Shown in pieces: positions 51,101 through 62,036 of a DNA stretch of 64,000 nt. Within the stretch, counting starts at the first letter, position 1, and the number at the start of each line of letters is the position of its first letter. The notes below the pieces were generated by a model. That model ran no database searches and was not told the origin of the DNA. It worked only from the letters and a program-made list of their open reading frames with translations. The stretch is from an uncultured Chloroflexia bacterium. GTDB lineage: Bacteria > Chloroflexota > Anaerolineae > CG2-30-64-16. The stretch spans positions 544,001 to 608,000 of the forward strand of contig CAWEMM010000009.1 of the NCBI GenBank assembly GCA_963810095.1, written 5' to 3'. The position numbers were made by a program, and so were the translations under genes.

Positions 51101-52899
51101 CGCCCAACTCGTCACTGCCCCTGGGCCCGCGCAACGCGGTCAGCGCAGCGAGGTCGTCGTCGCTGAGGATCGGGCTGTGGATCTCGAGCAGCCGAGCCGC
51201 TTCGGGCGTTTCAGTCAGCAGGCAGCCTCGCCGTCCCAGCACCTGGGACAGCGACATGACGAGCTCCTCGCGGAGCGAGTCGATGGGCGGGTTGGTCACT
51301 TCTGCGAAGCGCTGCTTGAAATAGTGGAACAACGGCCGCGGGACGTCGGAGATAGCGGCCGCGGGCGTGTCGTCACCCATCGACCCAATCGCCTCGCGCC
51401 CTTCGCGCCACATCGGCCGGAGCACGACGAGAAGCTCTTCGCGGGTGTAGCCGAACGCGGCTTCCAGCGCATCCAGAGAGATGCCGGGGCGCGGCTGCGG
51501 CACATGCGGCGCGGCAGGCGAGGGGAAGGTGCGCTGCCCGGCATCGCGCTGCCAACGTACGTCCTCCAGCGTCGTGAGGTTGTGTTCCAGCCACTCGCCG
51601 TACGGCTGCTGCTCCACGAAGCGCGCCACGATCGCCGCATCGTTCTCGATGCGGCCCAGATTCGTGTCGACCGCCAGCATCTCGCCCGGCCGCAGACGGC
51701 CCTTCTGCACGACCCGCGCCTCGTCCACCATCGATCGCGCCCGCCTCAGACGACACGATGACGACGCCGTCGTCCAGGATGACGAAACGGGCCGGGCGCA
51801 GACCGTTGCGGTCCAGCACGGTCGCCGCGATGGCACCGTCGGTGAAGGTCAACGCTGCCGGGCCGTCCCAGGGTTCCTGAAGGCAGCGGTGATAGCGGTA
51901 AAAGGCCCGCTGCTGCGGCGTCACATCCGGCGCATACTCCCATGCCTTGGGCACGAGCATCATCATGGCGTGCCGGATGTCACGTCCCGACTGCACCAGC
52001 AGATCGAGCGCGTTGTCCAGCTTGGCCGAGTCGCTGCCGTGGGGCGCGATGACCGGCGCCAGCACCGCGTTTTCGTCGCCCCATGCGTCGGCGTCGCACA
52101 GATCCGCCTCGCGCGCCCGCATCCACGTCAGGTTGCCCTGGAGCGTGTTGATCTCGCCGTTATGGCACAGCATCCGGAAGGGCTGCGCGCGCTCCCAGGT
52201 CGGGAATGTGTTTGTGCTGTACCGCTGGTGGAACACCGCGATGGCGGTCTGAAAGTCAGGATCCGTGAGGTCCATGTAGAAGTTGGGCAGTTGGGGCGCG
52301 ACGAACAGTCCCTTGTACACGATCGTTCTGCTCGACAGCGACGGCAGGTAGAAGTTCGAGATGCTCTCCGCCCAGATGCGCTGCGTGGCGTGCTTGCGCA
52401 CCAGGTACAGCTTCCGCTCGAACTCGGCGCCCGCGGCGATGCGGGCCGGGCGTGCCAGCACGATCTGTTCGATGTAGGGGCGCAGCGATTGTGCCCATTC
52501 GCCCAGCGCCTCACCATTCACAGGAACATCGCGCCAGGCGATCTGCTCGATGCCGTATTCCGCCACCGACTCTTCAAGAATCTTGCGCGCCCGCTCGCGA
52601 TGCGCCAGGTTATAGCGCGGCAGGAAGACCATACCCACCGCCAGATCGCCCGCATCCGGCACGCGCAGACCCTGCAGCGCCAAATCGCGGCCAATCATCT
52701 CGCGCGGCAGCTGCGTCAGGACGCCCGCGCCGTCGCCGCTCTTGCCGTCCGCGGCGACCGCGCCGCGGTGCGCGTGATTGGCCAGCGCGGTCAGTGCCGA
52801 AGCGAGGATCTCGTGGCTGCGCCGGCCGTCCTTCTGCGCCACAAACCCCATGCCGCACGCGTCGTGCTCGTGCTGCGGCTGATATAGCGGATAGTCCAT
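48186..52899 (-). CDS. gltB: Glutamate synthase large subunit (frameshift near 51730)
   Basis: EHDACGMGF, HQRYSTNT, HNGEINT, EPWDGPA, QVASGRFGV, KMAQGSKPGEGGQLPG, CKMARACHNNTCPVG, GERFAVRNSG. Confidence 0.97.
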
Positions 52900-52953
52900 C
52901 TTCTCTTCCCCCGGTGCTGCAGGATCGGCAAGGCGGGTCCCTCGCGTGACCCG

Positions 52954-53002
52954 AAAACATAAAGCCCCCCGGCGCGGCTCTGTCGAGCTGCACCGGAGGG
53001 CT
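52954..53002 (-). terminator. Terminator hairpin in the gltB 5' leader (attenuator candidate)
   Basis: Minus strand AGCCCTCCGGTGCAGCTC-GACA-GAGCCGCGCCGGGGGGCT-TTATGTTTT. Confidence 0.7.
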
Positions 53003-53062
53003 GCCTTGCATGCAAAAGCTTCAGCGCTCGGTGTCGACGGTGAACACGTGATTTAGGGTGCG

Positions 53063-53091
53063 AGTGTAACAGGCGCGACGAGCGATGTCAA
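53063..53091 (-). promoter_or_regulatory. sigma70 promoter of gltB
   Basis: Minus strand TTGACA-17 bp-TACACT with TGn. Confidence 0.7.
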
Positions 53092-53206
53092 ACGACCGAA
53101 GCCCGGGTGAAGCACATCATACGACTGATGACACCTGTCACAAACCAGTATAAATTGTAACTAAGCGTACCGAGCAGATGCAAGACTTTGCCTTCGGAGG
53201 CCGTAA

Positions 53207-53446
53207 ATGAATGACCAGGCTGTAGCGTGTTTGATGTTTGGGATTTACGAAGCGCGAGACGGGATTATTGACCGGCGTGAGTGTTCTGTTTGTCACGGTG
53301 ACGGGTGCCCTTACGTTGTCGAAGAGCCCCAGCACGGCCCGTGCCCCCATTGTTTTGGGACGGGCATGGCGCCCGCGGCTGTATTTGAACCGAGCGACCG
53401 GATCGACGCCGTTTGTGCGCACTGTGAAGGGACCGGGCGCATCTGA
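53207..53446 (+). CDS. Small DnaJ-type CxxCxGxG zinc-finger protein
   Basis: GGAGG RBS; CSVCHGDG, CPHCFGTG, CAHCEGTG. Confidence 0.75.
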   Translation: MNDQAVACLMFGIYEARDGIIDRRECSVCHGDGCPYVVEEPQHGPCPHCFGTGMAPAAVFEPSDRIDAVCAHCEGTGRI

Positions 53447-53465
53447 TCTCAGGCGGCATGATCGG

Positions 53466-53906
53466 CTATTCCTGCAGCGCCAGCAAACCGAGCAGGTAGC
53501 TTCTCGCTCCAAACCCGCTGATCTGCCCCAGACAAACGGGCGCGATCACCGAGGTGTGCCGAAACGGCTCGCGGGCATGGATGTTGCTGAGGTGCACCTC
53601 GACGCAGGGTAATGCGATCGCGGCGATGGCGTCGCGCAAGGCATACGAATAGTGGGTGAGTGCACCGGGGTTGATGAGGACGCCCCCGGCCCAGCCGCGC
53701 GCTTCGTGCAGCGCGTCGATCAGCACACCTTCGTGGTTCGACTGCAGGATGCGCAACTCGATGCCCCTGCGACCCGCCTCGGCCTCCAGCGTGGCGTTGA
53801 TCTGCGCAAGCGTGGTCGCACCGTATATCCCCGGCTCGCGCGTGCCGAGCAAGTTCAAATTGGGGCCGTGCAGCACCAGAATCCGTTTCATCGGTTGATC
53901 GTCCAT
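53466..53906 (-). CDS. aroQ: Type II 3-dehydroquinate dehydratase
   Basis: [45 protein letters not shown]. Confidence 0.96.
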   Translation of the reverse strand: MDDQPMKRILVLHGPNLNLLGTREPGIYGATTLAQINATLEAEAGRRGIELRILQSNHEGVLIDALHEARGWAGGVLINPGALTHYSYALRDAIAAIALPCVEVHLSNIHAREPFRHTSVIAPVCLGQISGFGARSYLLGLLALQE

Positions 53907-54030
53907 CAGGTATAATCTCCTCGAACCCCGCCATTCGAACCAGGTTCTTGCTCTCGAGCATCTGTGGCAGCGGTCTGCCTCCAGTTGACGCCACAAGCCG
54001 ACATGCTCTCATCACACAAGGAGTCTGCCG

Positions 54031-54849
54031 ATGCGCTGGGAAGAACTCACGGGCGACGAGTTCCCGCTCGCCGTGGAGCGGGCGGCTGGCGTGTGCCTCA
54101 TGCCCTGTTCGGTGATCGAGCGCCACGGTCACCATTTGCCGCTGGGAACCGACATGTATATCGGCCGCGAGGTGTGCCGCCGGGCGGCGGAAGCCGAGCC
54201 GGCCATCATCTTTCCCGAGAATATCTTCGGCCAGATTGCGGAAGCCCGCCACGTTCCCGGAACGATTGCGTTTCCGGTCACTCTGAGCCTCCAGTTCCTG
54301 GAAGCGGCGTGTGACGAAATCGCGCGCAACGGCCTGCGCAAGATCGTGCTGCTTAATTCGCACGGCGGGAACAGCTACCTGCTCGCACTCTTCGCTCAGG
54401 CCCAGCTCAGCCGTCCTCGGCCGTACACGCTGTACGTGGTCGACCCGATTCTCCTGCCTTTCGAGGCTCCCGAACTCGAGGCACAGTGGGCAACCAAGGT
54501 CGACGGCCACGCAGGCGAGAGTGAAAGCAGCGCGCTCCTCGCCGCCCGCCCCGACCTCGTCGACCTGGATACGTGTCCCGCCGGCGACGAAGGCATGCCG
54601 CTGGGCCGGCTCGACGCGCTCCGGGCTGCGGGCGTGTACACGGGCATCTGGTGGTACGCCGACCACCCCACGCACTATCGCGGCGACGGTCGGGCCGCCA
54701 CCGCGGCAAAGGGCGAGCTGCAGTTCCAGATCTACGCAGGCCGCCTGGCCGCTGCGCTGCGCCTGATCAAGCAGGACACCGAAACACCCCCGGCTGCTCG
54801 CCGAGTTTCACGCCCACACCAAGCATTGAGTCGGACGGCGGTGAAATAG
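54031..54849 (+). CDS. Creatininase family amidohydrolase
   Basis: ERHGHHLPLGTD, NSHGGN, HAGESESS; C-terminus may be frameshifted. Confidence 0.9.
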   Translation: MRWEELTGDEFPLAVERAAGVCLMPCSVIERHGHHLPLGTDMYIGREVCRRAAEAEPAIIFPENIFGQIAEARHVPGTIAFPVTLSLQFLEAACDEIARNGLRKIVLLNSHGGNSYLLALFAQAQLSRPRPYTLYVVDPILLPFEAPELEAQWATKVDGHAGESESSALLAARPDLVDLDTCPAGDEGMPLGRLDALRAAGVYTGIWWYADHPTHYRGDGRAATAAKGELQFQIYAGRLAAALRLIKQDTETPPAARRVSRPHQALSRTAVK

Positions 54850-54922
54850 GCCGCTGATCGAACTGATCCGCCTGATTAGCATGATCTTTCAGATCCGCAT
54901 CAGGCAGATCAGTTCGATCCGG
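54845..54922. repeat. Family A element (shorter variant)
   Basis: CCGCTGATCGAACTGATCCGCCTGAT...ATCAGGCAGATCAGTTCGATC. Confidence 0.65.
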
Positions 54923-56503
54923 GGGCAATCTCTCTCAGCGCCGCACGCACGGCTTCCTCGGGTACGTCCTCCACCAGCCGTACCCTGCCGATGTCCTCGA
55001 TCACCACGAAGCGCAGGCTGCGGCCCCGGCGCTTCTTGTCGGTGCCCATCGCCGCCATCACCGCATCCTCATCGAATGCGTAGGTGACGGGCAGCCCCAG
55101 CCGGCCGAGCATTTCGCGCAGCCGGTCGGCCATGCCCGGCGTCGCAGGTCGGCGAGCCGCTCGCTCAGTGCCGCGGCGGCGACGATGCCGATCGCGACGG
55201 CCTCCCCGTGCCGCAGCCTGAACCCGGAGACAAGCTCGAGCGCGTGGCCGAATGTATGCCCCAGGTTAAGCCAGGCCCGGTCGCCCGTCTCGTACGGATC
55301 GCGCTGGACGATCTCTGCTTTCACCCGCACGGCGGCTGCGATCATCTCGCTCAGATCCGCCGGCCCATCTCCCAGCAACTGCCGGAAGAGGATCGGGTCG
55401 CCAATAATCCCCGACTTGACCACTTCGGCCAGTCCCGACCGGAATTCGGCGCCCGGCAGGGTTGCGAGCACGTGTGGGTCGATGAGGACGACCTCCGGCT
55501 GCTTGAACGCGCCGACCAGGTTCTTGCCCTCGGGCAGGTCCACTGCCACCTTGCCGCCCACGCTCGCATCGACCATCGACAGCAGGGACGTCGGGATTTG
55601 CACGAAGGGCACGCCCCGCAGCCACGTGGCGGCCGCAAAGCCCGCCATGTCCCCGATCACGCCCCCGCCCAGCGCGATAATTGGCTCCTCCCGGGCCATC
55701 TTGGCCTCGGCCAGGCCCCGGTAGAGGCGTTCGACGGTCGCCAGTGTCTTGTGGGCCTCGCCATCAGGCGCACTGAGCACCACCGGCTCGAACCCCTTGA
55801 GCGTCAGCGCAGAGAGCAGGCCGGGAAGGTGGTATTCTGCAACGGTCGGATTGGTGACGATTGCGCACCGGCCCGGCTTGATGCCCGCGCAGGTGAGGCG
55901 CGTGCCTGCTTCGCCGAGGATGCCTTCGGCAATCAGGACATCGTAGTTTCCCTCGGGCGTGCGGACAGGCACCCGATGACTGCCTTCGGGCAGGGCGGCG
56001 GTGAGCGCAAGGATACGGTCGGCCACCTGTTCCGCAGTCAGGCCGGTGGTGTCGACATGATAGGGCAGGGCTGCATAAGCATCGGCCCGTTCGGCCAAAA
56101 GGCTCCGGACTCGCTCGGCCCGGTCGCCCTCGCCAAGCACCGGGCGGCCGCCGCCCGCGCCGACCCGCTCTAGGATCGTTTCGGGCGATGCTTCCAGGCA
56201 AACGACCGTGCCTGCAGCCAGCAGCGCCTCCCGGTTGGTCGCGCGCAGCACTGCGCCGCCGCCGGTTGCCACGACGAGCCCGGTCGACGTTTCCAGCCCG
56301 CGACAAGCTTCCGTTTCGAGCTCGCGGAATGCGTGCTCGCCGTCCTCCGCAAAGATGGCAGGGACCGGCTTCCCCGCGACCGCCTCGATCCGTTCGTCGA
56401 GATCGAGGAACCGCCAACCCAGCCGCCGCGCAAGGAGCCGGCCGACGCTGGTCTTGCCGGTGCCCATGAAACCGGTGAGGATGATATTACGAGTTGCTGT
56501 CAT
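54909..56503 (-). CDS. aroKB: Bifunctional shikimate kinase / 3-dehydroquinate synthase (frameshift near 55135)
   Basis: GFMGTGKT, GExAFRELE, ATGGG; then DGEAHK, GGGVIGD, DASVGGK, LNLGHTFGHALE, HGEAV, DKK. Confidence 0.95.
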
Positions 56504-56591
56504 CGATGCTTCGCGACCCTGTTCTCCCGCCAACATCGGGGGATAATCCAACAGTCTTCCGAGAGACCGTTCCTCGGTGTTTCCGGCCCAG

Positions 56592-57776
56592 CTACACTTC
56601 GTACCGGAACCGCCAGGTGGCGTTGTCGACCGGCAGATCCTCCAGCCGGCTTCGCCGCAGGCTTGCGAACCTCGGCAGCTGCTCTTCCAGCGAGTCGCCG
56701 CCCAGCTTCTCCAGCAGCGCGTCGGCCAATACCCATGCGGCCATGGCTTCCCCAATCACGACCGCTCGCGGCACCGCACAGAAGTCCGAGCGCTCATACT
56801 TCGTAGGCGCAGGCTGCCCAGTGGCCAGGTCGACGGACATGAGCGGGTTCAGCGTCGTGCTGATCGGTTTCATCGCCACCCGCAGCACGACCGGCTCGCC
56901 CGTGGTCACGCCGCCCTCCAGCCCACCGGCCCGGTTGGTCGACCGGCGCAGGTTGCCGTCCTCGTCGCGCTCGATCTCGTCATGCACCTCGGTCCCCCGC
57001 AGGCGGGCATTGGCGAAGGCCGGCCCGATCTCCACGCCCTTCATCGCCTGGATGCCCATCATCGCGGCGGCCAGCCGGGCGTCCAACTTCCGGTCGAACT
57101 GGACATGGCTGCCGAGTCCCGGTGGCACGCCGAGCGCAACCACCTCGAAGACCCCGCCGAGCGTGTCCTTCGCCTGCATCGTCTCTCGGATGGCCTGGCG
57201 CATCTGCTCTGCGGCAGCCGGATCGGGGCAGCGTACGTCGTTGTCCTCCGCTGCGGCAAATCGCGCGGGATAGGACATCTCGTCGGTTAGTTCGGCTTCC
57301 ACAGGGCCAATTGACGTAACATAGCCCCCGACGGTAATCCCAAACTGCAACAGGTAGGCCCGGCAGATCGCGCCCACTGCCACCCGCATCGTCGTCTCAC
57401 GGGCGCTCGCTCGTTCGAGCGCAAGGCGCAGGTCCCGGTAACCGTACTTGACCGCGCCGGTCAGGTCCGCGTGCCCCGGCCGGGGAATCGTCATCGGCGG
57501 CACGTCTTTCTCGGCCCAGGCCTTGTAGTCCAGGTTCGCCACCTCCAGGCCGATGGGCGCACCCGTGGTCTTGCCCCCAACGACCCCCGCTGTGACCCGG
57601 ACCCGGTCCTTCTCAATCTTCATACGCCCGCCCGCGCCGTACGCGACTTGCCGCCGCTCGAGCTCTCGGTCGATGATTGAGGCGGTGACAGGCAGGCCCG
57701 CGATCAGGCCGTCGAGGATCGCGGTGAGGGTGGGCCCGTGACTCTCGCCCGCGGTGAAGAAGCGAAGGGGAGACAT
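56592..57776 (-). CDS. aroC: Chorismate synthase
   Basis: TAGESHG, PRPGHAD, ERASARET, TNRAGGLEGG, MKPIST, ERSD. Confidence 0.97.
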   Translation of the reverse strand: MSPLRFFTAGESHGPTLTAILDGLIAGLPVTASIIDRELERRQVAYGAGGRMKIEKDRVRVTAGVVGGKTTGAPIGLEVANLDYKAWAEKDVPPMTIPRPGHADLTGAVKYGYRDLRLALERASARETTMRVAVGAICRAYLLQFGITVGGYVTSIGPVEAELTDEMSYPARFAAAEDNDVRCPDPAAAEQMRQAIRETMQAKDTLGGVFEVVALGVPPGLGSHVQFDRKLDARLAAAMMGIQAMKGVEIGPAFANARLRGTEVHDEIERDEDGNLRRSTNRAGGLEGGVTTGEPVVLRVAMKPISTTLNPLMSVDLATGQPAPTKYERSDFCAVPRAVVIGEAMAAWVLADALLEKLGGDSLEEQLPRFASLRRSRLEDLPVDNATWRFRYEV

Positions 57777-58385
57777 CAGGTGAGCAATCCTTCCTGCAAT
57801 AGAGGTGGGTGTGCGTAGCGGAAGCCGACCACCTGCATCCAGGCGGGCTCGGGGTGCGGGTTGCGTGTCACCGTCATCCCCAGCTTGCGCATGACCCCCT
57901 GCGACGCTGCGTTTTCGTACTGCGTCGTCGCAAGGACTCGCCAACGCGAAGCTCGCCGAAAGCGTAGTCGATCATCGCACCTGCGGCTTCAGTTGCATAC
58001 CCGCGGCGCTGGTGCGCGGGATCGACCGCCCAGAACATCCCGAACTCCGGCACGGCCTGACCGGAATGGCCCGGTCCCGGCGTACGGGCCAGTTCGGGGA
58101 TCTGGTCGAACGGCATGAGCAGCGGCACGTAGCCCACCGATCCGATCAGCTCGCCGGTCGATCGCAGGACGATCGCCCGGTCGCCGTACGGAGGCTGGTT
58201 CATTGCCGGCAGCCAGCGCGCGCTGAGCGTACTCCACTCGAGCCACGAGCCGCGTTCGGCAAGCCCGGCATCGAGATGCTCTGACCGCTCGGCGCCAAAC
58301 GCCTCGTTGAGGATCGGTGGATCTCCGCAAGGTCCGCATTGACAAACGGCCGGATGATTAGCCGGTCTGTTACGAGATCGTCCAA
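57776..58385 (-). CDS. RimJ/RimL-type GNAT N-acetyltransferase (several frameshifts)
   Basis: LVTDRLIIRPF, ELIGSVG, HQRRGYATEAA, NAASQGVMRKLGM. Confidence 0.75.
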
Positions 58386-58395
58386 ACCCGCCTCC

Positions 58396-58614
58396 TCATG
58401 CCGTTCCCTCGCCCGACGCGTTCGGTAATTCCTCGTCGCACCGCACGCAGTTCAGCTCGTAGCCGAGGAACCCGGCCCGGCCCTCCGGCTCGAGCACCCA
58501 GGGCCGAAAAGAGAAGGGCGGCGCGTGGCGCACGTGCTGGCCATGCCCGCAGGCCAGCTCGGCCACCCAATCACCCTCATCGTCCAGGTGCCAGCCGGTA
58601 ATCGCTCGCTTCAC
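58396..58614 (-). CDS. DUF3565 family protein
   Basis: ITGWHLDDEGDWVAELACGHGQHVRHAPP..RPWV..EGR..LNCVRCD. Confidence 0.85.
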   Translation of the reverse strand: MKRAITGWHLDDEGDWVAELACGHGQHVRHAPPFSFRPWVLEPEGRAGFLGYELNCVRCDEELPNASGEGTA

Positions 58615-59492
58615 AGGCGAAGTTTACCTGTCGACCGGGACCGCGTCAACCGCCCGCGGCCGCGGCCCGCATGACTTCTAAGGGCGCAGCCACGCCCGTC
58701 CACAGCTCGAACGACCGGGCCCCCTGGTGCACCAGCATGCCCAGGCCGTCGACCGCCGCGCGCGCCCTGCGCCGCGGCAAGCGTCAGGAACTCCGTCCGC
58801 CGGTGGTAGATCAGGTCATAGGCGACCTGTCCGGGGCGAAAGGACACGTCCGCGTCCCACGGCAGCGGCTCGCCTTCATGCAGGCCCAGGCTCGTGGCAT
58901 TGACGATCAAGGTGGCCTCGGCTGCCGACGCTGCTCAGCCCAGACGGGAACGGCGTGGCCGACAGGCGGGCCGCCGAGGAAGGCAGCGCCTGCCCAACGG
59001 CCGCGCACAGGGCCTGCGCCTTGGCGAGCTCTCTCGCGCACACGGCGACGCTGCTGCCCGCCTCGGATAGCGCATGGACTACCGAACGTGCGGCGCCCCC
59101 AGATCCGATCACCACGGCCCGTTGGCCCCCGCCGATGCCGTGATCGGCCAGATCTTGCAGAAAACCGTAGCCATCCGTGGTGTCGCCCAGTAGAGCGCCG
59201 TCCTCCGTGACGACGATCGTATTGACTGCACCCGTCGCCTGCGCCGCTGGCGTGAGGCTGTCGAGGTAGCCCATCACCGCCTGCTTGTGCGGCACGGTGA
59301 CGTTTGCACCCCTAAAGCCCAGCGCGCGCAGCCCGCCTACAGCTTCTCCGACCCGTTCCGGCGGCACGGGGAGTGGCACGTACGCCCAGTCGAGCCCGAG
59401 CGCCGGAAGGCGGCGTTGTGCATCGCCGGGCTGAGGCTGTGGCCGACCGGCCAGCCGATAATCCCGACCAGGCGCGTGCTCCCCGAGGTCAT
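58611..59492 (-). CDS. aroE: Shikimate dehydrogenase (frameshifts near 59400, 58925, 58770)
   Basis: GWPVGHSLSPAMHN, GANVTVPHK, GAVNT, TDGYGF, GSGGAAR, VNATSLG, YDLIY. Confidence 0.93.
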
Positions 59493-59554
59493 GTCTTCCC
59501 TCCAGAAGCCGGGTTTCTGCGAAGAATCCGCCTCTCTACGTAGAATCCCGCCCT

Positions 59555-59690
59555 CTGATCCGAAATGGGACGCCGATGCAACTGGTTGAACTGATCCGCA
59601 CGGTCCTTTGGACAAAGATCGTGATAATCAGTCCGATCCGTTCAGTCAGTGTCCTGTTACATCCCGCGTTGTCCAGCAGCGCGGGGTGAA
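59555..59690. repeat. Family A element between aroA and aroE
   Basis: CTGATCCGAAATGGGACGCCGATGCAACTGGTTGAACTGATC...AAAGATCGTGATAATCAGTCCGATCCGTTCAGTCAGTGTCC. Confidence 0.8.
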
Positions 59691-59713
59691 GGTCTAGGCT
59701 CCCAGTCCGGACG

Positions 59714-61085
59714 TTACGCAGCGCGCCAACGGATATCCGCGCCGAGCGCCCGCATCGCCTCGACAAAGCCGGGGAAGGAATCGTCGATCGCCTCCGCGCC
59801 GCGCACGATCGTCTGGCCGTCGGCCACCAGGCCGGCCACCGCGAGCGCCATGGCGAGCCGGTGGTCGCGATGACAATCCACCTCCGCCCCTCGGAGCTTC
59901 GCCGGCCCGTGCACGACCATGCCGTCGGGACGCTCCTCGATCTTCGCGCCCATCTTGCGTAGCTCGGCGGCGGCCGTCGCGATGCGATCCGACTCCTTCA
60001 CCCGCAGCTCGCCCGCGTCGCGCACCGTGGTCGTTCCCTCGGCTTGGGTGGCAAGCACCGTGAAAATGGGGAACTCGTCGATCGCCCGCACGACCACGTC
60101 GCCGCCCACCTCGATCCCATGCAAATCTGCCGCGCGCACGGCCAACTCGCCGACCGGTTCACCCGCGTCCGCTTCGTCCTCGTCACCGTCGCCCGCCGTG
60201 CCGAGATCGAACGCTTGCGCGGCCAGCCCGCCCATCTGCAGCAGCAGGTCGAGCAAGCCGGTGCGGGTTGGATTCAGCCCCACGTTGCGCAAGGTCACGC
60301 GCGACCGTCCGACGATGGTCGCGGCGACCAGCGGAAACGCAGCCGACGAGAAGTCGCCGGGGATGACTAGCGGGCGCCCCGGGCGGGCTTTTAGGGTTTG
60401 GCCGCCGCGCAGCTGCCACGTGGGGGCCCTCCGCATCCACCTTCACGCCGAACCACCTGAGCATTCGCTCGGTGTGGTCGCGTGAAGGACCGGGCTCGTG
60501 CACCACGGTTTCGCCCTCTGCAAAAAGCGCGGCGAGCAGGATGGCCGATTTCACCTGGGCGCTGGCCACGGGAAGGGTGTAGTCGATCCCGTGGAGGCCA
60601 CCGCCGCGAATGGTCAGCGGCGGCAGGCGCCCCCCGTCCTCTCCTTCGACCGTTGCGCCCATCAACCGGAGCGGCTCGGCCACCCGCCCCATCGGCCGGC
60701 GGCGCAGTGCCTCTGTGCCGTCAAGCGTCGCGGCGAAGGGCTGGCCCGCCAGCAAGCCGGCGAGCAGGCGCATGGTCGTGCCCGAGCCCGCGCAGAACAG
60801 CACATCGTCCGGCTGGGTCAGGCCGCGCAGTCCCTTGCCTTTGATGCTTAGCAAACCAGGTTTCTCAGAGAAACCCGGTTTGTTGACCTCTTCAATCTCA
60901 GCGCCGAGCGCCTGCATGCAGCGCCTGGTCGCCAGGCACACCTCGGCGGGCACCCACCCCTCGATCAGCATCTCCCCTTCCGCGATGGACCCAAGCATGA
61001 GGGCGCGGTGCGTGATGGACTTGTCGCCCGGCGCGGTGACAGTACCGCGCAGCGGGCCCGACGATCGGATGATTAGGTCGGCCAT
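59714..61085 (-). CDS. aroA: 3-phosphoshikimate 1-carboxyvinyltransferase (frameshift near 60425)
   Basis: PGDKSITHRA, SGTTMRL, RRPM, ASAQVKSA, SRDHTERML, PGDFSSA, IDEFP, ELRVKESDRI, DHRLAM. Confidence 0.96.
60851..60883. repeat. Family C palindrome in frame inside aroA
   Basis: GCAAACCAGGTTTCTC-A-GAGAAACCCGGTTTGT encodes NKPGFSEKPGL; relatives at 59503-59535 and 35294-35342. Confidence 0.7.
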
Positions 61086-61096
61086 GTTTCTCCTGA

Positions 61097-61951
61097 TCAG
61101 GTGTGCAGCCCGCTGCGGAGTTCCTGCGCCTGGGCAAGACGCGCGCGCAACTCATCCTCGTTCCCAGTCACGAGCAGATCGCGCAGGCCTGACAATTCAC
61201 GGCTGTACAGTTGCAGCCACTCGAGCACGGCCGAGCGGTTCGTCATGAGGATGTCGAGCATCATTTGCACGTCGCTTGCGGCGACGCGGGTGGTGTCACG
61301 AAAGCCCGATGCGGCCAGCGCCCACGCCAGCGGGTCGTTGCCGGTGCTCAGCGCGTTGACCAGCGAGGCCGCAGCCAGGTAGGGCAGGTGGCTGATGGCG
61401 GCGGCAGCCCGATCGTGGGCCTGCGGGTCGAGCGTCACGACATAGCTTCCTACGCTCTCGGCCAGCGACTGCGCCCGCTGAAGGGCTGCGCCTGAGGTGC
61501 GGGGCAGGGGACAGAGCACGAAGGTCTTGCCCACGTACAGCCCGGCTTCGGCTGCGGCAAACCCGCCGACTTCTTTGCCGCACATCGGGTGCCCGCCCAC
61601 GGGCTCGAGCCCGGGCGGGAGGAGATTCATCGTTTCGCAGACCGCGGACTTGGTGCTGCCCAGGTCCAGGACGAGCGTGCCGGGGTTGGCATGCCGCCCG
61701 ACCTCGGGGAGCTGGCGCAGCAGGGTACGCACCGGCGTGGCCAACACCACGACATCGACCCCCCCGACGCCCTCTGCCACGTCCCCGACGCCGCAGTCAA
61801 TCGCGCCGGCAGCCTGCGCGTCAAGGAGGGTTTGCGGGCTGCGGCTCACGCCCACGATCGTCGAAGCCCACCCCGCGCGCGCAGCCCCGAGCGCGAGCGA
61901 CCCCCCCATCAGCCCCAGCCCAACGATGCAAACAGAGAGCTCTCTCGTCAT
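61097..61951 (-). CDS. tyrA: Prephenate dehydrogenase
   Basis: IVGLGLMGGSLA, DLGSTK, GHPMCGKE, HD..AAISHLP, GFRDTTRVA. Confidence 0.93.
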   Translation of the reverse strand: MTRELSVCIVGLGLMGGSLALGAARAGWASTIVGVSRSPQTLLDAQAAGAIDCGVGDVAEGVGGVDVVVLATPVRTLLRQLPEVGRHANPGTLVLDLGSTKSAVCETMNLLPPGLEPVGGHPMCGKEVGGFAAAEAGLYVGKTFVLCPLPRTSGAALQRAQSLAESVGSYVVTLDPQAHDRAAAAISHLPYLAAASLVNALSTGNDPLAWALAASGFRDTTRVAASDVQMMLDILMTNRSAVLEWLQLYSRELSGLRDLLVTGNEDELRARLAQAQELRSGLHT

Positions 61952-62036
61952 AAGCACAGCTGAACAGGAAGGACCGAAGGACACGAAGAACCCGTCAAGA
62001 TTCCCTTTGAGGCTTTTGGTGCCTTGGTTCGTCCTG

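Noticed and set aside
53020-53060. glnA-type glutamine riboswitch or T-box upstream of gltB
   Set aside because: Core consensus elements (CGTT..GGAAGTAA; AAGGTGGTACC) are not seen; kept only as an unnamed attenuator candidate.
28591-59690. CRISPR array or IS element from the repeated palindromes
   Set aside because: Copies are dispersed and degenerate with no spacer periodicity; no cas or transposase gene is in the window.
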